Positions 12,596 through 21,375 of a stretch of 64,000 nt of DNA are shown here, in pieces; the stretch's first letter is position 1, and each line of letters begins with the position of its first letter. Location: assembly GCA_903859215.1 (NCBI GenBank), contig CAIOLW010000059.1, positions 937 through 64,936 of the forward strand, written 5' to 3'. A program made the translations under genes and the position numbers. The notes beneath the pieces were generated by a model that saw only the letters and a list, made by a program, of their open reading frames with translations, was not told the DNA's origin and searched no databases. The DNA is from an uncultured bacterium. Its GTDB lineage: Bacteria > Krumholzibacteriota > Krumholzibacteriia > LZORAL124-64-63.

Positions 12596-13650
12596 TGCGC
12601 CTGCCCGGGCGCCATCGCGTGGCCGCGCGCGCGGCGGCGACGGTCGCGGCGCTGCTGGCGGCGACCGTTGCCGTGACAGCCGGCTGCGGCCGGCCCGGTC
12701 GCGACAGCGTGGGCGCCACGACGGCCGAGGCCCACACCACGGCGATGTCCCCGGGCAACCACCTCGATCCCCCTGCCCTGGCGGGCCCCGGCGAGGCGAC
12801 GTCCGCGACCGGCGCCACCGGCGGCGTGCCGGTCCTGTGCTACCACTACTTTCGCGGCCGCTTCGCGCCGGGCTACGCGCTGCGGGTCCTGGGCTCGGTC
12901 CTGTTCGGCCTGCCGGCGCTGGGCCCCCGCGAATTCTGGACGACGCCCGCCGCCGAGTTCGAACGCCACCTGCGGTGGCTGAAGGACACGGGCTGCCCGG
13001 TGATGACGCTCGACGAGGTGGCCGACCTGGTCGCCACGGGCGCGCCGCTGCCGGCCCGGGCCGTGGTGCTGACGATCGACGACGCCGACCGCAGCGTCTA
13101 CGACCAGGCGTTCCCGCTGCTGCGCAAGTACGGCCTGAAGGCGCACCTCTTCGTCCCCACGGCGCACATCGGCCGCTCGTGGAGCGGGCTGCGCGTGTGC
13201 ACCGCGGCGCAATTGAAGGAGATGTCTGACTCGGGCCTGGTGCTCGTGGAGTCCCACACCGACGACCTGCACTACAAGGTGTCGGTCGGCGGAAGCCTCT
13301 CGCCGGTGTTCCTGCACCCCGAGCGCATCACCGCGGCCCGTCGCCACGAGGCGGCGGCGCTCGGCGGCATCGCCGAACCGCTGGCCGCCGTCGCGGACGA
13401 CCTGCTGGCCAGTCGCGAGGAGATTGCGCGCGTGACGGGCCGCCCGGCGCACTGGCTGGCGTGGCCGTACGGCTTCGCCTCGCCCCAGCTGGACGGCGTC
13501 GCCCGCGGCGTCGGCTTCCGCGGCACCGCGAGCCTGTCGCCCCAGGACTTCAAGAGCGGCAACCGGTCGATGCGCGTCGGGCGTTACACGCTGACCGCCC
13601 ACACGACGATGGCGCAACTGGCAGCCGTCATTCCCGCGCCGGCGCGCTGA
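12595..13650 (+). CDS. Polysaccharide deacetylase (CE4) lipoprotein, PgaB N-domain/IcaB-like
   Basis: Lipobox VTAGC. CE4 motifs LTIDDAD and ESHTDDLH. TGATG overlap with the preceding gene. 351 aa, so it lacks the C-terminal domain of E. coli PgaB. Confidence 0.8.
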   Translation: MRLPGRHRVAARAAATVAALLAATVAVTAGCGRPGRDSVGATTAEAHTTAMSPGNHLDPPALAGPGEATSATGATGGVPVLCYHYFRGRFAPGYALRVLGSVLFGLPALGPREFWTTPAAEFERHLRWLKDTGCPVMTLDEVADLVATGAPLPARAVVLTIDDADRSVYDQAFPLLRKYGLKAHLFVPTAHIGRSWSGLRVCTAAQLKEMSDSGLVLVESHTDDLHYKVSVGGSLSPVFLHPERITAARRHEAAALGGIAEPLAAVADDLLASREEIARVTGRPAHWLAWPYGFASPQLDGVARGVGFRGTASLSPQDFKSGNRSMRVGRYTLTAHTTMAQLAAVIPAPAR

Positions 13651-13673
13651 CCGGCGTCCCGGGGCCGGGCGGG

Positions 13674-13720
13674 AAAAAACGGCGGCCGCACCCCTGCCGG
13701 GCACGGCCGCCATCGTCTTC
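13674..13720 (-). terminator. Intrinsic terminator for glnA (may also act for the pga operon)
   Basis: GGCGGCCG (13681-13688) pairs with CGGCCGCC (13704-13711). On the minus strand the stem is followed by G plus U6 (A6 at 13674-13679). Confidence 0.6.
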
Positions 13721-13736
13721 CGGTCGCGAAACCGTC

Positions 13737-15107
13737 CTAGAAATCGAAGTACATCGTGTACTCGTACGGGTGCGGCCGCTTGTTGATCGCCGCGATCTCG
13801 TCGCGCTTGATGGTCAGCCACCGCGCGATGAGGTCCTCGTCGAAGACGCCGCCGCGCAGCAGGAACGCATGGTCCTGCTCGAGCGCGTCCAGGGCATCGG
13901 CCAGCGAGCGCGGCAGGTAATCGATCGGCTTGCGCTGGGCCTCGGGCACGGCTTCCGGCGCGAAGCCCAGGGCCACCGGGTCGATGCCCTTCTCGATCCC
14001 GTCCAGCCCCGCCAGCATGATCGCCGCGCAGCACAGGTACGGGTTGGCCGTCAGGTCGGGAGGCCGGTACTCGATGCGCCGCAGGCTCGCGTCCTTCACG
14101 TAGCTCGGGATGCGGATCGCGGCGCCGCGGTTGCTGCGCCCGAACGTGCGCACCGTCGGCGCCTCGAAGCCGGGCACCAGTCGCTTGTAGCTGTTGGTGC
14201 TCGGGTTGGTCAGCGCGCACAGGGCGTCGGCGTGCGTGAGGATGCCGCCGACGTAGCCGAGCGCGGCGCGCGACAGCCCGGCGTAGCCGTTCACGTCATC
14301 GAAGATGTTGAGGCCGCTCTTCGTCAGGAACTGGTGCAGGTGCCAGCCGCTGCCCGCGTTGTCCATCAGCGGCTTGGGCATGAACGTGACCTTCAGCCCG
14401 TGGCGTTCGGCCTGGTTGAACAGGATGTACTTGGTCAGCACGGCATGGTCGCCGGTCGTCACCAGGTCGGCGAACCAACCTTCGATCTCCTGCTGGCCCT
14501 GCGCCCCCACCTCGTGGTGGTGGTAGCGCACGGGGATGCCGAAGTCGCCCATGCAGGCGCAGACCTCGTCGCGGAAATCATCATAGCGGTCGTGCGGGTT
14601 GCAGGCGTGGTACGCGTTCTGGAAGAAGGCCTCGCCGCTCTGCAGCCGGAACGCGGCGTCGTTCGTCCCCGACGCGTGCGCAGCCTCGGCGAAGATGTGG
14701 AACTCGTACTCCGGGCCCCATTGCGAGAGGTCGGCGAACCCCGAGTCGCGCAGTGCCTGCTCGGCGCGGCGCGCAAGGTGGCGGCTGTCCTGGCTGAACG
14801 GCGTGCGCGCATCGTCGGTCAGGTGCGCCTGCGCGAACATCGTCAGCGTGGGCCGCGTGCGGAAAGGGTCCAGGCACGCGGTGTCGAGGTCCGGGATCAT
14901 CACCATGTCGCTGTTGTCGACCTTGCGGAAACCGTAGCTCGAACCGTCGAAGCCGATGCCCGCGCTGCAGACGTCCTCGGTGAAGCGCGACAGGGGGAAC
15001 GACAGGTGGTGCAGGCGCCCGGACAGGTCGAGCATCTTCAGGTCGATGAACTGGATGCCGCGGGCCTCGGCGTCCTGGCGGACCTCTTGGAACGTCTTCC
15101 GGGTCAT
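13737..15107 (-). CDS. glnA: Glutamine synthetase, type I
   Basis: 456 aa. GPEYEFHIF, HHHEVGAQGQQEI, MPKPLMDNAGSGWHLH, NSYKRLVPGFEAP. SD GAAAGG. Confidence 0.95.
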   Translation of the reverse strand: MTRKTFQEVRQDAEARGIQFIDLKMLDLSGRLHHLSFPLSRFTEDVCSAGIGFDGSSYGFRKVDNSDMVMIPDLDTACLDPFRTRPTLTMFAQAHLTDDARTPFSQDSRHLARRAEQALRDSGFADLSQWGPEYEFHIFAEAAHASGTNDAAFRLQSGEAFFQNAYHACNPHDRYDDFRDEVCACMGDFGIPVRYHHHEVGAQGQQEIEGWFADLVTTGDHAVLTKYILFNQAERHGLKVTFMPKPLMDNAGSGWHLHQFLTKSGLNIFDDVNGYAGLSRAALGYVGGILTHADALCALTNPSTNSYKRLVPGFEAPTVRTFGRSNRGAAIRIPSYVKDASLRRIEYRPPDLTANPYLCCAAIMLAGLDGIEKGIDPVALGFAPEAVPEAQRKPIDYLPRSLADALDALEQDHAFLLRGGVFDEDLIARWLTIKRDEIAAINKRPHPYEYTMYFDF

Positions 15108-15197
15108 GTTGCGCCTTTCGGGTGATGTCGGGCTGGGCCGAAGCCAGCGCGGGGCGCAGGATCGCCATGTCGCGCTTCAGCCCGGCGCTGGTGCACG

Positions 15198-15226
15198 AAT
15201 ATAGGCGCCAGGGCGCCGGCGGACAA
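15198..15226 (-). promoter_or_regulatory. Candidate sigma70 promoter of glnA
   Basis: Minus strand reads TTGTCC (15226-15221), 17 nt, TATATT (15203-15198). It is embedded in the imperfect dyad TGGTGC..GCGCCA. Confidence 0.35.
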
Positions 15227-15282
15227 ACCGGGCGCCGACTTCTGGAAAGGGAGGGAAACCGAGGGGTGACCCGGGACGGGGC

Positions 15283-16194
15283 TCAGGCCCGGAGGAGGTC
15301 GGCCAGCGCCGCGTCGAGGTCGCCGTGCTCGAACCGGAAGCCGGCCGCCCGCAGGGCCGACGGGACCGCCCGTTGGCTGGACAGGACGATCTCGGACTTG
15401 CGGCCCAGCAGCATCCGCAGCGCGAAGGCGGGCACCGCCAGCGACGCCCGCTTGCCCAGGCGCCGGGCCAGGATGGCGGTGAACGCCGCCTGCGTCGGGG
15501 GATCGGGAACGACCGCGTTGACCGGCCCCGCGATGGCGGGATGGTCCAGGACGAACAGGATGGCGCGGGCCAGGTCGCCGGTATGGATCCAGGGCACGTA
15601 CTGGCGCCCGCTGCCGAGGCGCCCGCCGAAGCCGGACCGGAGCGGACCGACCAGCTTCGGCAGCATGCCGCCGGCCGGGTCCAGCACGGCGCCGATGCGC
15701 AGCAGGACCACACGCACCGACTCGCGCTCCGCTTCGCGGGCGGCGTTCTCCCACTCGACGGCCAGGCGCGCCAGGAAGCCTTCGCCCGGGGGCGCGTTCT
15801 CGGCAAGGGCGCGGTCGCCCTGGTCCCCGTAATAGCCGGCGGCCGACGCGCTCACCAGGGTGACGGGCTGCGCCGCCTGCGAGATCGCCGTCACCAGGTT
15901 GCGGGTGCCGGCCAGGCGTGAACGACGGATGCGCCGGAGCTTGCCGCGGGTCCACAGGCCCTCGCCGACGGATTCCCCCGCCAGGTTGAGCACCGCATCG
16001 ACCTCGCCGACCCGTTCCTGCCAGGTCCCGCCCACGGCCGGGTCACCCGCGCAGGTCTCCACCCCGGCGGGCAGTTTCGCGCGCGCGGCGTCCGGATCGC
16101 GGGTCAGGCAGGTGACCTGGTCGCCCCGGGCGGCCAGCTGGCCCACCACGCGGCGGCCCACCAGCCCCGTCCCGCCTGTCACGAAGATCCGCAT
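15283..16194 (-). CDS. TIGR01777/YfcH-family NAD-dependent epimerase (SDR39U1-like, DUF1731 C-terminus)
   Basis: Start ATG 16194 (MRIFVTGGTGLVGRRV) inside track ORF 15283..16977. 303 aa. C-terminal ..LRAAGFRFEHGDLDAAL. Confidence 0.85.
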   Translation of the reverse strand: MRIFVTGGTGLVGRRVVGQLAARGDQVTCLTRDPDAARAKLPAGVETCAGDPAVGGTWQERVGEVDAVLNLAGESVGEGLWTRGKLRRIRRSRLAGTRNLVTAISQAAQPVTLVSASAAGYYGDQGDRALAENAPPGEGFLARLAVEWENAAREAERESVRVVLLRIGAVLDPAGGMLPKLVGPLRSGFGGRLGSGRQYVPWIHTGDLARAILFVLDHPAIAGPVNAVVPDPPTQAAFTAILARRLGKRASLAVPAFALRMLLGRKSEIVLSSQRAVPSALRAAGFRFEHGDLDAALADLLRA

Positions 16195-16280
16195 GCCCGC
16201 TCCCCGGTTGCCCGCGGCGATGTGCCGAAGGCGATCGGCCCGCACGATAAGCCAAGCCCCCCGCAGTGTCCACCTGACGG

Positions 16281-16309
16281 TTGCCGAGCCCCGGCAAGGG
16301 GGCGATAAT
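16281..16309 (+). promoter_or_regulatory. Candidate sigma70 promoter for the enoyl-CoA hydratase gene
   Basis: TTGCCG (16281-16286), 17 nt, GATAAT (16304-16309). 31 nt upstream of ATG 16340. Confidence 0.35.
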
Positions 16310-16339
16310 GGGCGGCACGGCCCCAACCGGGAGAAGACG

Positions 16340-17146
16340 ATGCAGTACGACAATTTCGACGTCGAGGTCGCCGACGGATGCGCCACCGTCCGGCTGACCG
16401 GACCCGGCGCGCCCGACCTCGGCGCGCTCTGCGACGAATTCACGGACCTCATCCTGCGGCTGCAGGAAGACCGTGCCGCGCGCGTCATCCTGCTGACCGA
16501 CGGCGACCACTCCTTCGACCTGCACCGCGACCTCGAGGGCCTGGCCGAGGCGCGGCGCGGCGGCGGCGGCTTCGAACAGCTCGCGGCCGGCGACGAGATC
16601 GCGCGCCGCATGGTCACCCTGGTCTCCGAGTGCCCCAAGCCCGTGCTCGCGGCGACGCGCGGCGAGATCCGCAACATCGGGCTGGGCCTGTACCTGGCCG
16701 CGGACATCCGGCTGGCCGGCGAATCGGCCACGTTCGCGGCGCCCGACATGTCCAGCGGCCTGGTCACCGGGTGGGGCCTGTCCCTGACGTTGCCGCGCCT
16801 GGTGGGTCCCGGACGCGCCATGGAATTCCTGTGGACGAACCGTACGGTCACCGCGCCCGAGGCCCTCACGATGGGCCTGATCGATCGCCTGCTGCCCGAG
16901 GACCAGTGGGAGCAGGAACTGTTCGCGATCACGCGGCGCCTGGGCCAGGTCCCGCAGCCGGCGGTGCACCTGACCAAGCTGGCCGTGCAGCAGGCGCCCG
17001 TGCTGGACCTGACGTCGATGCTCGCGCTGGAGTGGGAGTCGCAGCAGCAGTGCTGGGACTCGGACGAAACGACTGAGGGACTGCGGGCCTGGCAGGAAGG
17101 ACGTCCCCCCCGGCTGGAAGCCTCGACGGGGCCGGACGAGGATTAG
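16340..17146 (+). CDS. Enoyl-CoA hydratase/isomerase (crotonase) family protein
   Basis: ATG 16340 (MQYDNFDVEVADGCATVRLTGP). Crotonase fold motifs (PVLAATRGEIRNIGLGLYLAADIRLA, LPRLVGPGRAMEFLWT). Confidence 0.85.
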   Translation: MQYDNFDVEVADGCATVRLTGPGAPDLGALCDEFTDLILRLQEDRAARVILLTDGDHSFDLHRDLEGLAEARRGGGGFEQLAAGDEIARRMVTLVSECPKPVLAATRGEIRNIGLGLYLAADIRLAGESATFAAPDMSSGLVTGWGLSLTLPRLVGPGRAMEFLWTNRTVTAPEALTMGLIDRLLPEDQWEQELFAITRRLGQVPQPAVHLTKLAVQQAPVLDLTSMLALEWESQQQCWDSDETTEGLRAWQEGRPPRLEASTGPDED

Positions 17147-17186
17147 GCAGCGCGGCGGCCCCGCCGGCGACCGCGGCATGACCAAC

Positions 17187-17226
17187 ATGAACAGGGGCCC
17201 GGGCAATAGCCCGGGCCCCTGTTCAT
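17187..17226. terminator. Perfect 18-bp GC-rich hairpin between convergent genes
   Basis: ATGAACAGGGGCCCGGGC, loop AATA, GCCCGGGCCCCTGTTCAT. No clear U-tract on either side. Confidence 0.45.
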
Positions 17227-17255
17227 ACCGAATCAAACCGTGACCGCTGTCCGGA

Positions 17256-17828
17256 CTAACGGAACAGACCCTTCACGCTGCCGAAGCTGCTGGTCTCGGA
17301 ACCAACAACGCAACCGTTGTTGATCGTGATGACCGGGCTGCCGGGAGCCGAGATCTGGTGCAGTTCACGAATCGGGGTCGCCGAGCCCTGGTAGGCAGGA
17401 ACCTTGCCGGGCAGCGAATGGAAGAACGTGTTGCTGAGCTTGATGCCCGCAGCGTTGGTGTTCATCACCATCAGCGACATGTCCGCGATGACCACGGTGC
17501 CACCGGAGACCGTCAGGGGCGAGGCCAGGCCGACGATATGCTCGCCGGGGTTGATGGCGGCGTCGATGGCCGAGCCACGGGGCGCGAAGCTCAGCGAGGT
17601 CACGTTGGTGTAGGTCAGGGCGAGTTCCCACGCATTGATGTCCGAGGAAGTCAGCTGCGTGCAGACCAGATAGGCAGGGATCGGAGTGTACGGCGCCGCG
17701 GTGATGCAATTGTTGGTTCCGGCTTCGTCGACGTAGATACCGACGTTGTCCGAGAACCAGTCCGAAGCGAACGCACTGCCAGCGAAGGCAGTCAGGGTCA
17801 GCGCGAGGACGAGAGCCAGCTTCTTCAT
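17256..17828 (-). CDS. Secreted protein of unknown function (190 aa)
   Basis: Sec signal MKKLALVLALTLTAFAGSAFA followed by SDW. SD AAGGAG at 7 nt spacing. Visibly lower GC than its neighbours. C-terminus SFGSVKGLFR. I recognise no family. Confidence 0.75.
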   Translation of the reverse strand: MKKLALVLALTLTAFAGSAFASDWFSDNVGIYVDEAGTNNCITAAPYTPIPAYLVCTQLTSSDINAWELALTYTNVTSLSFAPRGSAIDAAINPGEHIVGLASPLTVSGGTVVIADMSLMVMNTNAAGIKLSNTFFHSLPGKVPAYQGSATPIRELHQISAPGSPVITINNGCVVGSETSSFGSVKGLFR

Positions 17829-17926
17829 TTTGTCGCTCCTTGAGGATGATCACGGTGAAACAGGGGCTTCACGCTTGCAAGGTTTGCGGTTTCTCTCGGA
17901 CACAGTTAGGTCCTGGAAATCGATCA

Positions 17927-17983
17927 CCTGTGACAGGATTATAGCATATAGGGGTGTTCAATACACAAGAAATATGTCACAGG
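17927..17983. promoter_or_regulatory. Pair of palindromic operator-like sites
   Basis: CCTGTGACAGG (17927-17937) and TGTCACAGG (17975-17983), 48 bp apart. They bracket the extended -10. Confidence 0.3.
17938..17946 (-). promoter_or_regulatory. Extended -10 promoter (TGCTATAAT) for the secreted-protein gene
   Basis: Minus strand reads TGC TATAAT. This is the only perfect TATAAT I saw in an intergenic region of this window. It is flanked by two TGT(G/C)ACAGG dyads. Confidence 0.45.
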
Positions 17984-18164
17984 CGGCAATGGATACGGAA
18001 AAGGATCATCGGAAAGGTGATAATTTCGTATCTGTTTCGGGGATGGCGGCATACGGCGCCAAGAACGGACCGGACGCGGTTCCGGCTCGCCCTTCCCCGG
18101 CCCCGGGTGCTATCCTCCGGACAACGCACGACCTGGGAATCCACGACCGGAGGAACCTGTTGCG

Positions 18165-20207
18165 ATGAGCAAACTTACCATCACGATCGGCGCCTTGCTG
18201 CTGGCGTTCGCGGGCGCCGCCGGCGCCGCCACGCCCGCGCGCACCCACGACATCCAGCCGGAAGACTGCTTCACCCTGACCGCCGTCGAGAACCTGGCGG
18301 TGTCGCCGGACGGCGCGACGGTGGCCTACACGGAGAACCGCTGGGCCGACGGCAAGAAGGGCAGGACCAGCGACCTGTGGGTGGTGACGGCGGCCGGCGG
18401 GCCGGCCCGGCGGCTGACCTTCGACGGTTTCGGCGGCGGCGGTTGCACCTGGTCTCCGGACGGGCGCTGGCTCTACTTCGCAGGCAGGGACAAGGCGGGG
18501 CGGGACGCCCCCCCCCGCGACGGCACGACCCAGGTCTGGCGCCTGGCTCCGGAAGGCGGGACGCCGACGCCGGTGACGCGCTTCGCCGACGGCATCGATG
18601 CCTTCGCGCTGGCCCCCGATGGGAAGACCCTCTACTACACGGTCGACCGCGAGAAGACCGACGAGGAATTCGGCGACCTGCTGGGCAAATACGATGACCT
18701 GCACTACGGGCACGGCGTCACCGACCTGACCGAGGTCCGCAGGCTGGATCTCGAGACCTGGCGCGACGAGGTCGCGGTGGCCGCGACGCGGGTCATCCAC
18801 GACCTGGCGGTGTCGCCGGACGGCAGCCGGCTGGCCCTGATCACGACCGCCGACAACGAGCAGATCTTCAGCGAGGGCTGGTCGCGGGTCGAGATCGTGG
18901 ACCTGACGGACGGCAAGGTCACCGAGGTGACGAACCAGGCCTGGCGCGACGGGCACAAGTCGCCGTACGGCTGGCTCGAGGACCTGGCCTGGGCGCCCGA
19001 CGGCAAGGCGCTCGCGTTCGCCATCTCGTACGATGGCTACGCGTCGGACATCTGGCTGAGTGAGGAGACCGGAGGCGCATGGGCGCTGCGGAAGATCGCG
19101 CGGCCTGACCCGGTCAACTACGACGGCGGCCTGGAGTGGCGCGGCGCCGGCCGCACGCTGTGCTATCGCGGCGAGGCCATGGCGCGCGTGCAGGTGCTGG
19201 CCGTGGAGAACGTGGCGGGCGGGACGCAGGGCCGCACCGTGGAACTGACGAAGGGCGACCTCGTCGTGGCCGCCTTCGACTTCGACCGCAAGGGCGCAAC
19301 GCTGGCGTCCGTGTGGGAGACAACGACCGATGCGAACGACGTCTACGTCGTGGCCACGCCGGAGAAGGTGCGCCGCCTGACGCACACCAATCCCCAGGTC
19401 GACGCCTGGAAGCTCCCGCAGATCAGCCATGTCAGCTGGACCGGCGAGGGCGGGCGCACCGTCTGGGGCATCCTCGAACTGCCGTCCGACTACGTGAAGG
19501 GCAGCGGTCCCCTGCCGGCCATCGTCGAACTGCACGGCGGCCCGACGGCGTCCACGCGCATCGGGTTCCGCCTGTGGATGTACGGCCGCGGCCTGATGCC
19601 CGCGCGCGGCTACGCGCTGCTGAGCCCGAACTACCGCGGCTCGACCGGCTACGGCGATGCGTTCCTGGAGGAACTGGTCGGGCGCGAGAACGACATCGAG
19701 GTGAAGGACATCAGCGCCGGCGTGCACTGGCTGGTCGACCAGGGCCTGGTCGACGCGAAGAAGATCGGCGTGATGGGCTGGAGCAACGGCGGCTTCCTGA
19801 CCGACTGCATGATCACCGCGGAACCCGACATGTTCGCCGCCGCCAGCAGCGGCGCGGGCGTGCTCGACCAGGTGATCCAGTGGGGCACCGAGGACACGCC
19901 CGGCCACGTCATCAACTTCATGCGCGGGCTGCCATGGCAGAACCCGGACGCGTACCGTGCCGGCTCGCCGCTGTACCGCCTCGACCGCGTGAAGACGCCG
20001 ACGATCATCCATGTCGGCGGCAACGACCCCCGCGTGCCGGTGGCGCACAGCCGCGCGCTGTACCGCGCGCTGAAGCACTACCTGAACGTGCCGGTGCAGC
20101 TGGTCGAGTACCCCGGCGAGCCGCACGGCCTGACCACGCAGCGCAACCGCATGGCCAAGATGCAGTGGGACCTGGCCTGGTTCGACAAGTACCTGCTCGG
20201 GAAGTAG
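18165..20207 (+). CDS. S9-family serine peptidase (prolyl oligopeptidase / acylaminoacyl-peptidase-like), secreted
   Basis: Signal peptide. N-terminal beta-propeller repeats (SPDG..). Catalytic GWSNGG. C-terminal GGNDPRVP..HG. 680 aa. Confidence 0.9.
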   Translation: MSKLTITIGALLLAFAGAAGAATPARTHDIQPEDCFTLTAVENLAVSPDGATVAYTENRWADGKKGRTSDLWVVTAAGGPARRLTFDGFGGGGCTWSPDGRWLYFAGRDKAGRDAPPRDGTTQVWRLAPEGGTPTPVTRFADGIDAFALAPDGKTLYYTVDREKTDEEFGDLLGKYDDLHYGHGVTDLTEVRRLDLETWRDEVAVAATRVIHDLAVSPDGSRLALITTADNEQIFSEGWSRVEIVDLTDGKVTEVTNQAWRDGHKSPYGWLEDLAWAPDGKALAFAISYDGYASDIWLSEETGGAWALRKIARPDPVNYDGGLEWRGAGRTLCYRGEAMARVQVLAVENVAGGTQGRTVELTKGDLVVAAFDFDRKGATLASVWETTTDANDVYVVATPEKVRRLTHTNPQVDAWKLPQISHVSWTGEGGRTVWGILELPSDYVKGSGPLPAIVELHGGPTASTRIGFRLWMYGRGLMPARGYALLSPNYRGSTGYGDAFLEELVGRENDIEVKDISAGVHWLVDQGLVDAKKIGVMGWSNGGFLTDCMITAEPDMFAAASSGAGVLDQVIQWGTEDTPGHVINFMRGLPWQNPDAYRAGSPLYRLDRVKTPTIIHVGGNDPRVPVAHSRALYRALKHYLNVPVQLVEYPGEPHGLTTQRNRMAKMQWDLAWFDKYLLGK

Positions 20208-20220
20208 CCCGCAGCCGGAA

Positions 20221-21375
20221 CTAGACGGCGGCGCTGGCCGCGGCGGCGAGACGATCGCAGGCCGCGGCCAGCGTCGTTCGCGGGCACCCGAAGTTCAGGC
20301 GCAGGTAGCCGGGCGCGCCGAAGTCGGCGCCGTCGCTCAGGCCCAGGCCGTGGGCCAGGACGTGCGCGGCGGGATCGGGCAGCCCCCACCCCCGCGCGTC
20401 GATCCAGGCCAGGTACGTGGCCTCGACCGGCGCCATCGTCAGCGTCGGCAGCTCGGCCACGCGGCCGGCGAGGTAATCGCGGTTGCCGCGCAGGTAGTCG
20501 CAGAGCTCCGCCCGCCACGGTCCGCCCTCGGTCCACGCCACCTTCGCCGCGAGCAGGCCCAGCACGTTGACATGCGGCACGATGCCGGCCATCGCCCGCT
20601 GGAACCGCGCGCGCAGCGCGGGGTCGCTGATGATCGCGACGGCCGCCCCGAGGCCCGGCACGTTGTAGGTCTTGCTCGGCGCGACCAGCGTGATGGTGCG
20701 CGCGGCGGCCGCATCCGAGAGCGTGGCCAGCGGCACGTGCGGCCGGCCCGGTTCCAGCAGCAGTTCGCTGTGGATCTCGTCGCTGCAGACGACCAGGTCG
20801 CGGCGCTCGGCGAAGTCGAGCACCTCCTCCAGTTCATCGCGACGCCAGGCCCTTCCGACCGGGTTGTGCGGATGGCACAGCAACAGCAGGCGCGTGCGCG
20901 CGTCCGCCACCGTGTCCAGCGCACCGATGTCCAGCCGCCAGCCTGACACGTTGTCGCCCGACAGGGACGCCACCTGCAGGCGCCGGTCGACGAGCGACGG
21001 CACGCGACGGAAGGGCGGGTACACCGGCGGGGTCACGAGCACGCCGTCGCCCGGGTCGCCCACGGCGCGGCAGGCCACGGTCAGGCCACAGACCAGGCCC
21101 GGCAGCCAGACCAGCCAGTCGGGCTCGACCTGCCAGCCGCACGAGCGCTCGAGCGCGCCGATGACGGCGCGGCCGTGACCCGCATCCGGCAGCGCATAGC
21201 CGAAGACGCCGTGCTCCACGCGCTCGCGCAGCGCGGCGACCACCGCCGGCGGCGCGGCGAAATCCATGTCGGCCACCCACAGCGGCAGCACGTCGCGGTC
21301 GGCCCAGCGCAGCCACTTTTCGCTGTCGGTGCCGCGGCGCTCGACCGGCGCGTCGAAGTCGAATGCGCGGCTCAC
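20221..21375 (-). CDS. MalY/PatB-family PLP-dependent cystathionine beta-lyase/aminotransferase
   Basis: GTG start 21375 (VSRAFDFDAPVERRGTDSEKW). PLP lysine context APSKTYNVPG. GTGA overlap with the upstream gene. Confidence 0.85.
   Translation of the reverse strand: MSRAFDFDAPVERRGTDSEKWLRWADRDVLPLWVADMDFAAPPAVVAALRERVEHGVFGYALPDAGHGRAVIGALERSCGWQVEPDWLVWLPGLVCGLTVACRAVGDPGDGVLVTPPVYPPFRRVPSLVDRRLQVASLSGDNVSGWRLDIGALDTVADARTRLLLLCHPHNPVGRAWRRDELEEVLDFAERRDLVVCSDEIHSELLLEPGRPHVPLATLSDAAAARTITLVAPSKTYNVPGLGAAVAIISDPALRARFQRAMAGIVPHVNVLGLLAAKVAWTEGGPWRAELCDYLRGNRDYLAGRVAELPTLTMAPVEATYLAWIDARGWGLPDPAAHVLAHGLGLSDGADFGAPGYLRLNFGCPRTTLAAACDRLAAAASAAV

Noticed and set aside
15185-15215. Possible sigma54 (-24/-12) promoter upstream of glnA (minus strand TGGCGCCTATATTCGTGCA)
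   Set aside because: The GG of the -24 element is present, but the -12 element reads TTCG instead of TTGC, so the invariant GC is misplaced. A sigma70 reading (TTGTCC-17-TATATT) fits better.
17954-18697. 247-aa plus-strand ORF starting in the AT-richer intergenic region
   Set aside because: It is out of frame with, and overlapping, the S9 peptidase gene, which has its own SD, a signal peptide and family motifs.
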